Shown piece after piece: positions 10,417 through 22,668 of a DNA stretch of 64,000 nt. The notes under the pieces are model-generated. The model was not told the DNA's origin. It saw only the letters and a list, made by a program, of their open reading frames with translations, and ran no database searches. The first letter of the stretch is position 1, and every line of letters starts with the position of its first letter. Location of the stretch: positions 96,001 through 160,000 of the forward strand of contig CAWGMQ010000007.1 in assembly GCA_963823665.1 (NCBI GenBank), read 5' to 3'. Both the position numbers and the translations under genes were made by a program. Source of the DNA: an uncultured Planctomycetota bacterium. GTDB lineage: Bacteria; Planctomycetota; Planctomycetia; Isosphaerales; Isosphaeraceae.

Positions 10417-13048
10417 TCAGTCGACGTAGAGAAACTCGTTGGAGCTTAAGAGCAGGTGCCCCAGGCTGGTCCAGGCCGCCTCATCCGCTGCGTCGCTCGG
10501 CCCTCCGGCCTCGCGACAATACCCCTTGACGTACGCGATCACCGCCTCGCTCTCGGCCGGCGACGGGCGCCGACCGTAGGCGATGCGAAAGGCCAGCTCG
10601 ACCCTCGGGGCCGGTTCGGGCGAGCCCCGAATCAGACGGCGCGCGAACCGCCGGGATTGCTCGAGCACGAACGGATTGTTCATCAGGTAAAGCGACTGTA
10701 ATGGGACCGTCGACTCGCGCCGCGCGACCGTTGCTCGGTTCGGATCCGGGCCGTCGAAGAGGAGCGAGACGGGGTCGCGTCGGAGCCGTGCCCTCATCTG
10801 GTAGACGCTGCGATCGTCGGAGTCATATGCGTCGAAGAACGGCTCGTGCTGTGTCCAACTCCAGTTGGCCCGAGGCGGGAAGGGCGGAGCGCCTGGGCGG
10901 CGCAGATCCAGGGCGCCTCCGGCCCACAGCAGGGCGTCGCGCAGCGACTCGGCGTCGAGCCGCCGGCGGCGGTAATGCGTCAACCACCGGCCGTCCGGGT
11001 CGCCCGCGATTGGCGCGGGCCCGGGAGACTCGAAAGCCGATACGCCCCGGACGTCACGATCAGCCGGTGCATCGCCTTGATCGACCAGCCCAGCCGGATG
11101 AACTCCGCGGCCAGCCAGTCCATTAACTCGGGATGCGTCGGCGGCGAGCCGCGCAGGCCGAAGTCATCTGGCTCCACGAGTCCGAGTCCGAAGTGGTGCC
11201 GCCAAAGCCGGTTGACCATCACCCGCGCTGTCAGTGGGTTCTCGGGCGCCGAGAGCCAGCGTGCGAGCTCGAGGCGGCCGCTTTGGCCGGCGGTAATCGG
11301 CAGCGGCCCACCCCCGCGGAGGAAACCGGGGACGCCGCGCGGCACCTTCGCCCCCAAGGCCGAGGGATTGCCCGCGACCTGGATCGCCGCGTCCTCGGCT
11401 CCCCCGGGCCGGGTCTGGTACACGTACAGGACCGGCTCGTTGCGCGGCGGCTCGGGCTCGCTCACCGCATAGGCGCGACGCAGCCCTGCCCGCTCCTCGG
11501 CTTCGAGCAGCCGCAGGTATCGCGGCCGGGCCCGGTTGATGAGGTCGTCGCGCTGGTCGCCCAGGTCGATCAGCAGGAAATTGAGCTCCGCCTGGAGTCC
11601 GGCGGTATCCTCGCCGCTGGCCGTCCGCGTGGAGATCTCGCGAACCAGGCGGCCGTGACGGGAGACGAGATCGGCCACCCACGCGGCCATCGGGTCGCTC
11701 CGGAGGGCATCCTCATAGGCGGCGCGCAACTGCGCCAGCTCGCGCCGGGTCGCCGCCGGCAGGGCGGCGACCTCCCCGGGGCTCGCCAGCGCGACCAGGT
11801 GCCGGGCGTATTTGGTATGCTCGTTGCCGGCCGAGGGGAATCGCGTGCTGGCGAGGATGCCGTAGAGCGCGTAGTAGTCGGCCTGGGTGGTGGGGTCGTA
11901 CTTGTGGTCGTGGCAGCGCGCGCAGCGCAGCGAGAGCCCGAGCACTCCTCGGCCGATCGTGTCAATGGCATCCTCGACGACCAGGTGGAGGTCGGAGTAC
12001 TCGTGATTGCCGTAGCGCTTGGCCTGGGCCAAGAACCCGGTTGCGATGACCCGCCCGGCGTAGGTCGCGTCGGGCGCCTGTGCTGCCAGGAGGTCGCCGG
12101 CCACCTGCTCGCGCAGGAATTGGTCGTACGGCTTGTCGGCGTTGAAGGCGTCGATGACGTAGTCGCGGTAGCGGTGCGCTTCGGGGATGGGATAGTCGGA
12201 AGAGCTGCCATCGGTGTCGGCGTACCGCGCCACGTCGAGCCAGTGCCGTCCCCACCGCTCGCCGTAACAAGGCGAGGCCAGGAGTCGATCGATCAGCCGC
12301 TCGTATGCGTCGGGCGCGGGTCCGAGACGAAGGCCTCCACCTCCTCGGGCGACGGCGGCAGGCCGATCAAATCGAGAAAAACTCTTCGCGCGAGAACTCC
12401 CCGGGGGGCCGGCGCCGCGGGCTCGAGCTTGCGATCGGCGCGGGCGCGCGCCAGGAACCGGTCGATCGGGTGCAACGTCTCACCGGCCGCCGCAGGCGGT
12501 GGCGGGGTCTCGGCCACGGGCAGGAACGCCCAGTGCTGTCCCGCGCCAGCGCCCCGGCCGCTCTTCGAGCCCGAGTCCGCTGGCCAGATGGCGCCGCCGC
12601 GGACCCAGTCCTCCAGCGCGGCGATCTCGTCTTGCCGGAGCTTCCCCGACGGGGGCATCCGCAAGGTGCCCTCGCGCCGGACCGCGGCGATGAGCAGGCT
12701 CGCGCCCGGATCGCCAGGAACGATCGCTGGCCCGCTGTCGCCGCCGGCGACGAGGGCCGCCCTCGAGTCGACGCGCAGCCCGCCTGAGGTCTTGGCGCCG
12801 CCATGGCATTTGAGGCAGACGACCGCGAAGATCGGGCGGACCTTCCGCTCGAAGGTTTCGGCGTCGGCGGTCCCAGGAGAATCGGCCCGGGCCGTCCCCC
12901 AGCCGAGGGAGATCGCAAGCGCGATGAGGAACCACCGCGGCGGCTGGCCGGAAGGGCCGGGGCTGGGGCGATTCGATTCAGCGCGTGTTCCCATCTCGAA
13001 CGCTCCGGAGTCGGTGCGCGACCGGCTTCCAAGACAACCAACGCTCAT
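10417..13048 (-). CDS. Planctomycete cytochrome c / DUF1549 / DUF1553 protein, split by frameshifts
   Basis: 'FERKVRPIF..CLKCH', 'HWAFLP', 'ARYADT', 'CARCHDHKYDP', 'NPLTARVMVNRLW', 'RRLDAESLRD' across three consecutive ORFs. Confidence 0.85.
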
Positions 13049-13194
13049 GGGCCAGCAGAACCCGCGAATGAATGGTATTTTACCAGCACAACGCCATTCA
13101 GGTCAGCACGAACGGCCGTTCGTCCCAGAAGAAGATCCCCCCGTCCTCCAGGGAACGGAATTCTCGAAGGAAAGCTCGACCCGATCCTAGTTAG

Positions 13195-13385
13195 GGGTTC
13201 GGGGTCGTCGCCAGCGAGCTCATGACCGCATCGGCGGCAAACAGTCGGTTTGCAGTGAACCGTCTCGTGAATGTTCTCAGGCGGCACCAACGCGCGGTGA
13301 GCCTTCCGATGTCTTGGCTGCTCGCGGCGTTTCCTTCCAGTCGAAGCAGCGGGAGGCTACGCTTCAAGCGGATCTGGAGGATGCG
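13195..13385 (-). mobile_element. Degraded IS66-family transposase remnant
   Basis: Minus-strand translation '...STGRKRREQPRHRKAHRALVPPENIHETVHCKPTVCRRCGHELAGDDPEPL' resembles the IS66 TnpC GGQPGH and Zn-finger region; stops are present and there is no DDE domain. Confidence 0.65.
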
Positions 13386-13673
13386 CCTGACCCGGCTCGG
13401 CTGCGGATCCTCGGCCTTCGCGCGCTCGTGCCGAGCGACTTGACGCTTGTGATGGATGGAGAGTGGCGTGAGGTCACGCTCAAGACACCGGGTTGGTTCT
13501 GAGTCCGGCAGACATCCGCGATCGGATGCTTCGTGGAGCCCCGTGCCTTCGTTCCCCGGAGGGACGCAGGCGATTCATTCGTGAATCCGAGCAGCGCCCA
13601 CGTAAGGTTTCCGGCCGGATTGCGTACGAAGGTACAATAGGCGACCAACTGCGACCAGCGTGGGAGGCGACGC

Positions 13674-16600
13674 ATGGCCGAGCGCGAAGTATGTCCAAGC
13701 TGTGGAAACGAGCTTCACGCGAACGCCCCGCAGGGTCTTTGCCCGGAGTGTCTGCTCCGGCAGGGGCTCGAGAGCGAAGACCCAACCGCGCCGCCTGAAC
13801 GTGCGGCGACTGTTGCTGTGCCGCCTGTGGGCGCACCGAACGCCGGAGAGGGCGGCCCGGAGCCTGGGGCTTCGGTCCATTACTTTGGCGACTACGAGCT
13901 TGTCAAAGAATTGGGCCGAGGCGGAATGGGGGTTGTCTACAAAGCGAGGCAGATCAGCCTGAATCGCCCGGTCGCCTTGAAGCTGCTCAAATCCGACATC
14001 CTGGCCAGCGACGATGAGCGAAGGCGGTTCCAGAACGAGGCCGAGGCCGTCGCGCTCCTGGATCATCCGCACATCGTGCCAATTTTCGAGGTGGGCGAGC
14101 ACGAAGGACGCCAGTTCTTCAGCATGAAGCTGGTCGGCGGCCCGAGCGTCGAAAAGAAGCTGGCCGACTACGCCGCCGACCCGAAAGCCGCTGCGCGGCT
14201 GGTCAAGACGGCAGCGGAAGCGGTGCACCACGCCCATCAGCGCAGAATCCTGCATCGGGACCTGAAACCATCGAACATCCTGCTGGACGAACGGTGCGAG
14301 CCTTATGTGACCGATTTCGGTCTGGCGAAGCGAGTTGAAGGCGACAGCGAGTTGACCCAGTCGGGTGCGATCGTCGGCACGCCGGCGTTCATGGCGCCGG
14401 AGCAGGCATCGGGCCGTGCGCGGCGGTAACGACTTCGACGGACGTTTACGGTCTCGGGGCGATCCTTTACAGCTTGCTCACAAAACGGGCCCCTTTCGCC
14501 GGCGACAGCGTGGCCGACACGTTGCTGGCCGTTCGGGAAAGCGCCCCCAAGCCCCCATCGACGATCAATCCGAGAGCCCCGCGCGACCTCGAAGTGATCT
14601 GTCTGAAGTGCCTGGAGAAAGAAGCTCGGCGCCACTATGGGTCTGCGAAGCTTTGGCCGACGATCTTGACCGCTATCTCCTGGGCAAGCCGATCGAAGCC
14701 AGGCCGGTTGGCGTCCTCGAGCGTGTCTGGCTCTGGAGCCGCCGCAACCCGGCCCTCAGCGTTCTGGCTGCGTCGCTCGTTCTGGCCCTGATCACGGGGA
14801 CCATCGTCTCTACCGCCTTCGCTTTGATCGCCTCTGATCGTTCCCGACAGGCCAACCGCCAAGCCGAGCTGGCGAAGCGACGGCTTTATGACGTGCGGAT
14901 GACCCAGGTCCCGGGCTACCGCGACAACTGGAACCCGGATCTCTTCCTTCGAACCTTGAACGACGAGCTCCAGGTGAGCCAGGCCGGGGTCGATCGACGA
15001 GGATTCGAATGGCATTACTGGCGCAACAAGATTCTCACGGAAGTGGCGACCTTGACAGGGCACTCCCAACGGCCCTGGAGAGTTGACTTTAGCCCGGATG
15101 GTACTCGCCTCCTCTCCGCCAGCGTCGATGGTTCGGCGAGAGTCTGGGCGACCGAAACCGGCCGGTCTATCCTCGTTCTCGATATCGGACGAGGGGAGAG
15201 GGGCAGAGATGCCGCTTTCAGCCCGGATGCTTCGCGTATTGTTTCACTCAGAGACGATGGCACAGTTAGGGTCTGGGACGCGGAAAGTGGACGGGAAAGC
15301 CAATACGCCCCCATCCCTGGCCAGATGTTTGCAGCGTGCTCGAGCGCTAACGAATGCGTGATCGCGTCCTTTGGACCGGGCAGCATCCCACTTAACCCGT
15401 CTTTGCCTCTGCGATTGGGAAAGGTATGGGACCTGGCCACAGGACGTATGGCGTTCACTGTCCGTCAACATAGTGAGGTCCTGTGCATCGCCATTTGCCC
15501 GACTACTCCCTGGCTGGCTGTCGCGCGGGCGGATGTCCCAGGGGTGGAGATCTGCGACCTGCTTCACCCCAGAGTAGCCATCACCTTGCGAGGTGAACTG
15601 AATTACGTGACCGGTCTGTCGTTCAGTCGCGATGGCCGGCGCCTCGCCACAGCAAGCCCATATCCCGATGGGATCGTGAAGATCTGGGAAACGCAAACGG
15701 GGCGAGAGCTCAAGACGCTAAAGGACTCGAGCTTGGTTGATCAACCGGGCGCGGCTCATATCGGCGGGGCAATCATCCCTCTCCCACCGTATCTCAGCGT
15801 TGCCCTGAACCACGATGGCTCTCGCCTCGCAACATCCAACGGTGCGGGCATTCTCAAGATATGGGATACAGACACCGGTCAGGCAATGTTTGCGCTGGAA
15901 GCACAGAAGCGAGTCCAACTGGTGTTCAGTCCCAACGGGAATCAATTGGCGGCCACGGGCACCGGCGGGCAGATGATGATCCTGGACGTGGAGTCCGGGA
16001 AAGAAACGCTGTCCCACTTCCGACATGAAATCGGCCCAACGCGCTATGCTTACGGCGAATCCGGCGTGATCTTTAGCCCTGACGGATCGCGCCTTGCCTC
16101 GATCGGCGACGACGGGACAATCAAGATCTGGATCGCGAGCGCTCGCCAAAATTCGCTTACCCTGAACACCGATTGCAAGCTCAACAGTGTCTCGTTCAGT
16201 CCCGACGGACGGCGCGTGGCTGCCGCCGGCAGTGACGAATTGGTCCACATCTGGGACACGTCCGACGGACGAGTGATGCCATGGCTGAGCAGCCAATCGA
16301 ATCGGGTCAGAGGAGTTGCCTTTAGCCCAAACGGACTCCGCATCGCGTCAGCCGGAGGCAACGAGACCGTCACCGTCTGGGATTCGATCCTCGGAACAAG
16401 GGTCCAAGTCCTGAAGTCGCTGGTCGGGGATCAGCTTTCGAGCGTGGCCTTCAGTCCCGACGGATTGCGGATCGCTGGCGCTGGTCGAAGCGGGCGGCTC
16501 GTGTCATGGAACACGATGACGGGCCAGGAGGCTCTTGGCATCTCGGGCGGCGCCTACCTTTTTGGGGATCCCTGGGCAGGGGCCATCATGGCTTTCAGCC

Positions 16601-17808
16601 CGGACGGCGTGCGAATTGCGTGTAGCAAGCCCTATTCAGGCGTGACCGTTCGGAATGCGTCAAATGGCAGAGAAGTTTTCAGGCTGAGCGAAGGCAACAT
16701 CGTTGCGTTTAGCCCCGATGGCTTGTGGATCGCCTCTGCCGAAGATGACCCCCTCGAAACTGGCAAAGCCCACGGCAGCATAACACTCTGGGAGGCTGCA
16801 TCGGGAACGAAAAAGCTTGTTTTAAGCGGGCACTCCGGTCCTGTCAACTGATTGGCGTTCAGCCCCGACGGTTCTCGACTTGCTTCCGCCGGCGGTGACG
16901 CAACGGTCAAACTATGGGATACGACGACCTGGCAAGATACGCTTACCCTCCGCGGACACAAAGCGGCAATCAGAGGAGTTGCATTTAGCAACGATTACGC
17001 GCGCATCGCCTCATGTGGCGATGATGGTTCCGTGCGGATCTGGGAAGCCCGGTCTCCTACCATCGAAGAGACCGACCGCCGTGAGGCCTTGCGGCTGCTT
17101 CTGAAGCCCGTCTCTGGTGCGAACAGCCCGGTCGAATCGTCGGAACCGATCGGCAACGACTCGAGGGCTGCCGCGCATCGCCGCTCATTGACTTCGAGCC
17201 TGTCTCGCCTACCGAGGGAAATGCGGATCGCGCTGGAGGCTGAGACCCTGGTGAGCGCCTTGTTTATCGAGGGGACGTCCCGAGAAGACGTAGTCCAGAG
17301 TATTCACGATCGCGCCGGCTTAAGTTTCGACGTGCGCGCCAAGGCACTATCACTTGCGCAAATGTGGCCCGATTCGCCCATGGCCATGAACAGCAGGAGT
17401 TGGAGCGTCGCGAAGGAGTCCGGACGAAGTGACAGAGATTACGCACGGGCGTTGCGGCAAGCTCAGGGAGCCGTAAATGCTCAGCCCGGCAACCCGGCTT
17501 TTCTCAATACCCTCGGTGCCGCCCTTTACCGCTCGCGGCGGTTGTCCGAGGCCGTCGGCCGCTTCGAGGAGGGGATCAAATTACGTTCCGGGTCTGGCGA
17601 CGCGTTTGATTGGGTCTTTCTGGCTATGGCCCACCACCGATTGGGCCATCGGGACGAAGCCCTCCCCTGGCTCGACCTGATCCGCGACAAACTCCACCCT
17701 GACTCCGACGACTTTCGAGCCAGGCCGGAGATCCCGCGCCTCTGGGCTGAGGCCGAAGCCGTGGTCATCTACGACCCGGTCTTCCCGGCTGACCCGTTCG
17801 GTCACTGA
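13674..17808 (+). CDS. Ser/Thr protein kinase with Zn ribbon, TM helix, WD40 repeats and C-terminal TPR; two frameshifts and one in-frame TGA
   Basis: 'LGRGGMGVVY', 'HRDLKPSN', 'DFGLAK', 'GTPAFMAPEQ' and many 'AFSPDG' repeats; breaks near 14420 and 14645, TGA at 16849-16851. Confidence 0.85.
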
Positions 17809-17835
17809 TACATCACTCGGTGGCAGCGTTCGTCA

Positions 17836-18225
17836 TCATTCCCTCACCGACGCTGGTTTCACGATGGAAGGGTCTACTGCCACCCGGTCCACGTGGCTAG
17901 GCGGCACTGATGTAACGAGGAATTCAAGATCTGAGTCGCTGTTATTCAATATACGATGCGGCACGCCCGGCGGAACCTCGAGCCCTGTACCTGCCGTCAA
18001 GGTGCTCGCCACACCGCCGTGCTCCATGACCGCCAGCCCGGCAAGCACGAAGAAGAACTGGTGCGCTCTGGTGTGCTTGTGAAAGGTTTCCGCTGTGCCA
18101 GGGGGCATCCGCTCCTGAATGACGGTCAACTGGTCATCCTTGACCAGGTACCAGCCGTCGCATCCTTGGCCCCATGTATAGTGCTCTGCATTAGCCCTGC
18201 TGATCGCCGAGTATCCGACGGCCAT
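17836..18225 (-). CDS. Cupin domain protein
   Basis: 'ERMPPGTAETFHKHTRAHQFFFVLAG...EVPPGVPH'. Confidence 0.85.
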   Translation of the reverse strand: MAVGYSAISRANAEHYTWGQGCDGWYLVKDDQLTVIQERMPPGTAETFHKHTRAHQFFFVLAGLAVMEHGGVASTLTAGTGLEVPPGVPHRILNNSDSDLEFLVTSVPPSHVDRVAVDPSIVKPASVRE

Positions 18226-18258
18226 TTAGAGAAACCCTTGTTTTCGAAGAAGTCCCGA

Positions 18259-18954
18259 TCAACTTCCCGGATTCGCCGCCGGCCAGGGGCATTCTCCGAC
18301 AAGCGGACATTCCCCGCAACGCGGGCGAGAGCGCTTGCACAGCTCCTGGCCGTGCCGCCTGAGCAACTGGTGGGCCTTGATGAGCCACGGGAATTCCTTG
18401 ATCACATCGTCTTCAACCGCTTCCTGAACGCAGCGATAAGTAGCGGAATAATTCGGCGTCTCCGTCCCGAAACCAAGGCGGACGAGTACTCGCAATCCAT
18501 TCGATTCCAGCGCCAGGATCGGATAGGCGCGACCGAACAGTAGAATCTTCTCCGCACTCGGATCACCGATTGCGGGAAATCCCTTGAGCGCCTTCTTGGC
18601 CTGGGCAATCGGTCGTTTGAGAATCGGCTGGAGGTCACCATCGAAGTGCTCGAGAGCGATTTCGGCACAGCGCTTCAGTTTCTCGACGCTTTGCTCAGGC
18701 ACAATCCCTCGGACCGCGGCCTTCATCAGTTTTGCTCTGGGAGCAGCCAGGATTTCCGCGGGCGTGATTCCGATCTCCGCTCGCAGAGCAGCCATGGCCT
18801 GCTGCCGGCGCTTGTCGTTGACGAGATACGCGACGTTCTCCCAGACGATCATGGCCCAGGGGTCGGTGACCTCGGGTGGCCCGGGCGGGCCGTAATGAGC
18901 CTCGAGCTGGTCGATGATCCGCGGGAGTGAATTCACTGGCAGCTTGTCGTGCAT
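18259..18954 (-). CDS. HhH-GPD / endonuclease III-like protein
   Basis: HhH-like 'LKGFPAIGDPSA' and Fe-S motif 'CKRSRPRCGECPLVGEC'. Confidence 0.75.
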   Translation of the reverse strand: MHDKLPVNSLPRIIDQLEAHYGPPGPPEVTDPWAMIVWENVAYLVNDKRRQQAMAALRAEIGITPAEILAAPRAKLMKAAVRGIVPEQSVEKLKRCAEIALEHFDGDLQPILKRPIAQAKKALKGFPAIGDPSAEKILLFGRAYPILALESNGLRVLVRLGFGTETPNYSATYRCVQEAVEDDVIKEFPWLIKAHQLLRRHGQELCKRSRPRCGECPLVGECPWPAANPGS

Positions 18955-19014
18955 GAATCATCGTCCGAACAAGATGCACCGTCCCGACACTCCCTCGTCG
19001 AAACATGTGGAGAT

Positions 19015-20352
19015 TCACTGGCGCGGAGGCGCCGTGGGAGAGTCAGGCCGCGGTGCGCTCGCCTTTGGAGCCTCGCCTTCACGGGCCGAAGGCCCAGCCT
19101 CCGGTCGGAACGACCGATAAAAGGCCTCCCAGTTGTCGGCCGGCATGATTCCTAGCTCACGGTGAAGCGCCGAGCTCTTTTCCTTGAACTCAAGCCACCG
19201 GGAAACCAACTGTTCCCGGCCTCGGTACAGTCGAATCTGTGCGTCGAGCACTCTCGGGACCTGGAGGCTCACGTTCAAGGATCGAGTGAGTTGCGAGTTG
19301 GCTCCCACGGGAGGTGCTACAAGCTGCTCGAACCACTGGTCAGCTTCCCGCAGAGAAAGTTCCTGTCCCTTCCGCGCGGTCTCGTAATTCTTGTGCAGGA
19401 GGAGCAAGCCTCGAACCATTTGCCTGATACGCAACTCCCAAGCGTTGCGGTCATCGGCTGCCGCTTGATCGTCCTTGCGAACCGGCCGGTTCTTGCGTGC
19501 GACTTCGACGCACGTCTCAAGAAACGGTTCCTCGGGCACAGTTTCCCGAGCTGACTCGACGAGCGAGCGGCCGCCGATCTTCAGGTCTTCGAGCCGCGGC
19601 AGCGTGTTGTGAATCGCGGCCAGTTCGTTCAACTGCCGGCTCGGATTGCGCTGCCATCCATCTATGGCGGCGAATGTCGTCCGGAACGCCTCCAGGATTC
19701 TCTCGTCCAGCACAGTAGGTGTGCTCACCGGCAGGCCCAGTGAAACCTTCAGTTCATCCACGGACGAGCGGAAGCTGACGAGCTCGATCGCAAGATTCTG
19801 GCGGGCGAGTAACAGATACTGGTCGATTTGATCGACCTCGAGCCGGCTCACTCCAGACTTCTGGCTCTGGATCATTTGATTGAACAGTCGATGCATGTTC
19901 TCGGCCAGTGCCACTTGATCTCGTGCCGAGTCCACAGCGTAACGGTGCTTGATGGCCGCGAAAAATCCTGGCGCAGGGTCACGAAACCCGCTCGAGAGAA
20001 ACTCGCCGCGGAAGCGAATGAATTCGCCGGCGCCCGCGCTCCTCGCTTGTTCCTCCACGACATTCGGATCGAGGCGATTTCCCGGACCAATGCGGATCGC
20101 CGCACCGGGATTGCGAGGGCAGATCATTGTCAGCGAGTACGCCTGCTCGAGCGTCAGAACGGCGAGTTTGGTGCCGGAGGCCAGACCGGCTAACTCAGCC
20201 GGTTCGAGCTTCGCGACCGGCTGCTTGAGTAACTCGACAAGCAACTCTTCGTCTTGCGGAATGCTCACAGCAGGAACCTGTGGAGCGGAAACTGCCGGCA
20301 CACTTGCCCAGCTCGGAACAGACAGGAGAAGGATCGAGACGAATCTCACCAT
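19015..20352 (-). CDS. Secreted alpha-helical protein, possibly TolC-like
   Basis: Signal peptide; 'LTLEQAYSL', 'SRLEVDQIDQ', 'LKVSLGLP' resemble planctomycete outer-membrane efflux proteins. Confidence 0.45.
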   Translation of the reverse strand: MVRFVSILLLSVPSWASVPAVSAPQVPAVSIPQDEELLVELLKQPVAKLEPAELAGLASGTKLAVLTLEQAYSLTMICPRNPGAAIRIGPGNRLDPNVVEEQARSAGAGEFIRFRGEFLSSGFRDPAPGFFAAIKHRYAVDSARDQVALAENMHRLFNQMIQSQKSGVSRLEVDQIDQYLLLARQNLAIELVSFRSSVDELKVSLGLPVSTPTVLDERILEAFRTTFAAIDGWQRNPSRQLNELAAIHNTLPRLEDLKIGGRSLVESARETVPEEPFLETCVEVARKNRPVRKDDQAAADDRNAWELRIRQMVRGLLLLHKNYETARKGQELSLREADQWFEQLVAPPVGANSQLTRSLNVSLQVPRVLDAQIRLYRGREQLVSRWLEFKEKSSALHRELGIMPADNWEAFYRSFRPEAGPSAREGEAPKASAPRPDSPTAPPRQ

Positions 20353-20397
20353 CGGGCTCTCCTCGCCAGATCGGACGATCCGTTCAGTTCGACCACA

Positions 20398-21240
20398 TCA
20401 ATCGACCACAACCCGGACCGAAGGAATCGCCTGCTGAAGCGCGATGCCGCCGTTGCGCGATACTTTGGTCCCATTTAGAAACACCAGGCGAAGCTCCTTC
20501 AGCTTGGACAGGTGAAACAAACCCGCGTCGGTCACCGCCGTATGCGAGAGGTCGACGACCTCGAGGTTCTCGAGCGCCACGAGGTGCGCTAGCCCGGCAT
20601 CGGTGACGTTAGTCGAATTGAGCTTCAGCTCCTTGAGGGCGGTCAGCCCGGCCAGGTGTGCCAGCCCGGCGTCACCCACGGAAGTGCGGCCGAGGCGCAG
20701 CTCTTCAAGCCCGTCAAGGCGAGCGAGGCAGGCCATACCGGGATCTCCGACTCTTGTGTCCGAAATGTAAAGGACTCGAAGGCTCCTCAAGGCCAGCAAC
20801 GGAAGTAGTCCGGCGTCGCTGATCCTGGTTTCGCGTAGCTCAAGGTTCTCGAGCCGCGGTAAGCCTTGCAGGTGAACCATCCCCTCGTTCGTGATGGGCG
20901 TTCCATTCAAATACAGCCGGCGAAGGCTGGCAATTCCACTTAGACTTCGGAGGTCATCGTCGGAGACCGGCCGGCCGTCGAGATTGACGACCGAGAGGTC
21001 GTGCGCAAATGCCGGGCCGATCCACCGATCCGCGGAGCCCTTCCAATCGAACCGCGGCGGAGGCTTCGACGTCCAATCGGGCCGGAATTCGTCGTCGAGC
21101 TGGTAGACGCCGCCGGCTCGTTGCGTGGCGACGATCGCGCGGGCTCGCCGCTTGGGCTCTAGCACGAGCCACCAGGCGGCAACCGATGACGCGGCCATCA
21201 GAAGAATGAGCGTTCGCACGCGGATTCGCGGCCGAGGCAT
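20398..21240 (-). CDS. Membrane-anchored leucine-rich repeat protein
   Basis: N-terminal TM helix, then 24-aa repeats LxxLxLxxTxVxDAGLxxL. Confidence 0.9.
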   Translation of the reverse strand: MPRPRIRVRTLILLMAASSVAAWWLVLEPKRRARAIVATQRAGGVYQLDDEFRPDWTSKPPPRFDWKGSADRWIGPAFAHDLSVVNLDGRPVSDDDLRSLSGIASLRRLYLNGTPITNEGMVHLQGLPRLENLELRETRISDAGLLPLLALRSLRVLYISDTRVGDPGMACLARLDGLEELRLGRTSVGDAGLAHLAGLTALKELKLNSTNVTDAGLAHLVALENLEVVDLSHTAVTDAGLFHLSKLKELRLVFLNGTKVSRNGGIALQQAIPSVRVVVD

Positions 21241-21475
21241 AGGAACTCTCGCTCAGAACTCAACGTCGATAAGCTGCAACAGCCATCGCCCAACCTTGCG
21301 ACGCGATTATACCTCATTCGATGTGATATTGCTCGTTTGGGCAATCAATTCGGTGCCGCGCACCCGCGCGAGTCCAGAGAGGGCCACAGCGTGGCGACCG
21401 GACTACCACGCGCTGTAAGATGATTCGAGCAGCGACCTAGCCGGATCGACTCTCCTTCTTCATGGGGCCCGAGCC

Positions 21476-22363
21476 ATGAGGCACGTTCAATTGACATCGA
21501 CCACGCCTTCCGCGACGCGACGGCATTTCCTCACGCTGACCGGAAGCGCCTTCGCTTCGCTCGCCATGGCGCCGGGATCTCGAGCGTCGGAAGCAACGGG
21601 TGACGAGCCCGCGCGCTCGAAATCCCCAATTCCATTTCGTCTCGGCATGGCGAGCTACACGCTGCGGAATTTCGACCTCGACCATGCGCTCGCAATGACC
21701 AGGCGAGTCGGGCTCGAGTGGATTTGTCTCAAGTCAATGCATCTGCCCCTGGACGCCAAACCGGAACAGATCGTCGAGGCTGTCGAAAAGGTGAAGAAAG
21801 CCGGGCTCAACCTGTACGGCGGCGGCGTGATCTCCATGAAGTCGAAAGCCGAAATAGCTCAGGCGTTTGAATACGCCAAGGCCGTTGGCATGCAGACAAT
21901 CACCGCGGCCCCCGTGCCCGATGTTCTTCCGCTGGTCGATGAACACGTCAAGAAATACGATATCACCGTCGCGATCCACAATCACGGGCCCGGCGATCGC
22001 TATTTCCCGACACCGCAAAGCGTCTACGACGCAGTCAAAGCACTCGACCCGCGAGTTGGCCTCTGCATCGACATCGGACACACCGTTCGCATCGGGGCCG
22101 ACTTGCTCGGCTCGGTGCGCAACTGTGCAGACCGCCTCTTCGACCTCCACATCAAAGACGTGACCGCGGCGACTCCCCAGGGAAAAGGGACTCCGCTCGG
22201 CCGGGGGATCATCGACTTTCCGGGTTTGGTGCGCACACTGATTGACGTCAAATTCAAAGGCGTCGCAGCCTTCGAATACGAGGAGCAACCCGACGATCCC
22301 CTGCCGGGCCTGTCCGAATCCGTGGGCTACCTGAAGGGTGTTATGGCCACGATCCAATCGTAG
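21476..22363 (+). CDS. Sugar phosphate isomerase/epimerase (xylose-isomerase-like TIM barrel), Tat-exported
   Basis: 'TRRHFL', 'AIHNHGP', 'CIDIGH', 'DLHIKD', 'GRGIID', 'EYE'. Confidence 0.85.
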   Translation: MRHVQLTSTTPSATRRHFLTLTGSAFASLAMAPGSRASEATGDEPARSKSPIPFRLGMASYTLRNFDLDHALAMTRRVGLEWICLKSMHLPLDAKPEQIVEAVEKVKKAGLNLYGGGVISMKSKAEIAQAFEYAKAVGMQTITAAPVPDVLPLVDEHVKKYDITVAIHNHGPGDRYFPTPQSVYDAVKALDPRVGLCIDIGHTVRIGADLLGSVRNCADRLFDLHIKDVTAATPQGKGTPLGRGIIDFPGLVRTLIDVKFKGVAAFEYEEQPDDPLPGLSESVGYLKGVMATIQS

Positions 22364-22668
22364 GCACTCGCACGACCGTTTCACTCGACGGAGTACCGCC
22401 GATCTGCGCCACGTGAGCTCCCGCGTCTCGTGACATTGCGAGGGCGTTGCGCAATGATTCGATCGCAATGCATGCACCCTTCATTACAAATCCACCGATT
22501 CGTTGTCGCCTTAGCCCTCCCGATGGCAATTCTCGTGTGTTGCGGAATCTGACCACCGCACCTGCGACGAGACGATAACTCGCCTCATTGCATCCACACC
22601 TTGATGAGGCCGATCTCGTATTTCGGCCGAGAATCGCGATTCACTCGCACTCGACAGGAGACAAGGCG

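Noticed and set aside
11133..13190. 685-aa plus-strand ORF and similar long antisense ORFs (5162..6484, 33957..35186)
   Set aside because: Shadow ORFs opposite well-supported genes in high-GC DNA; no recognisable motifs.
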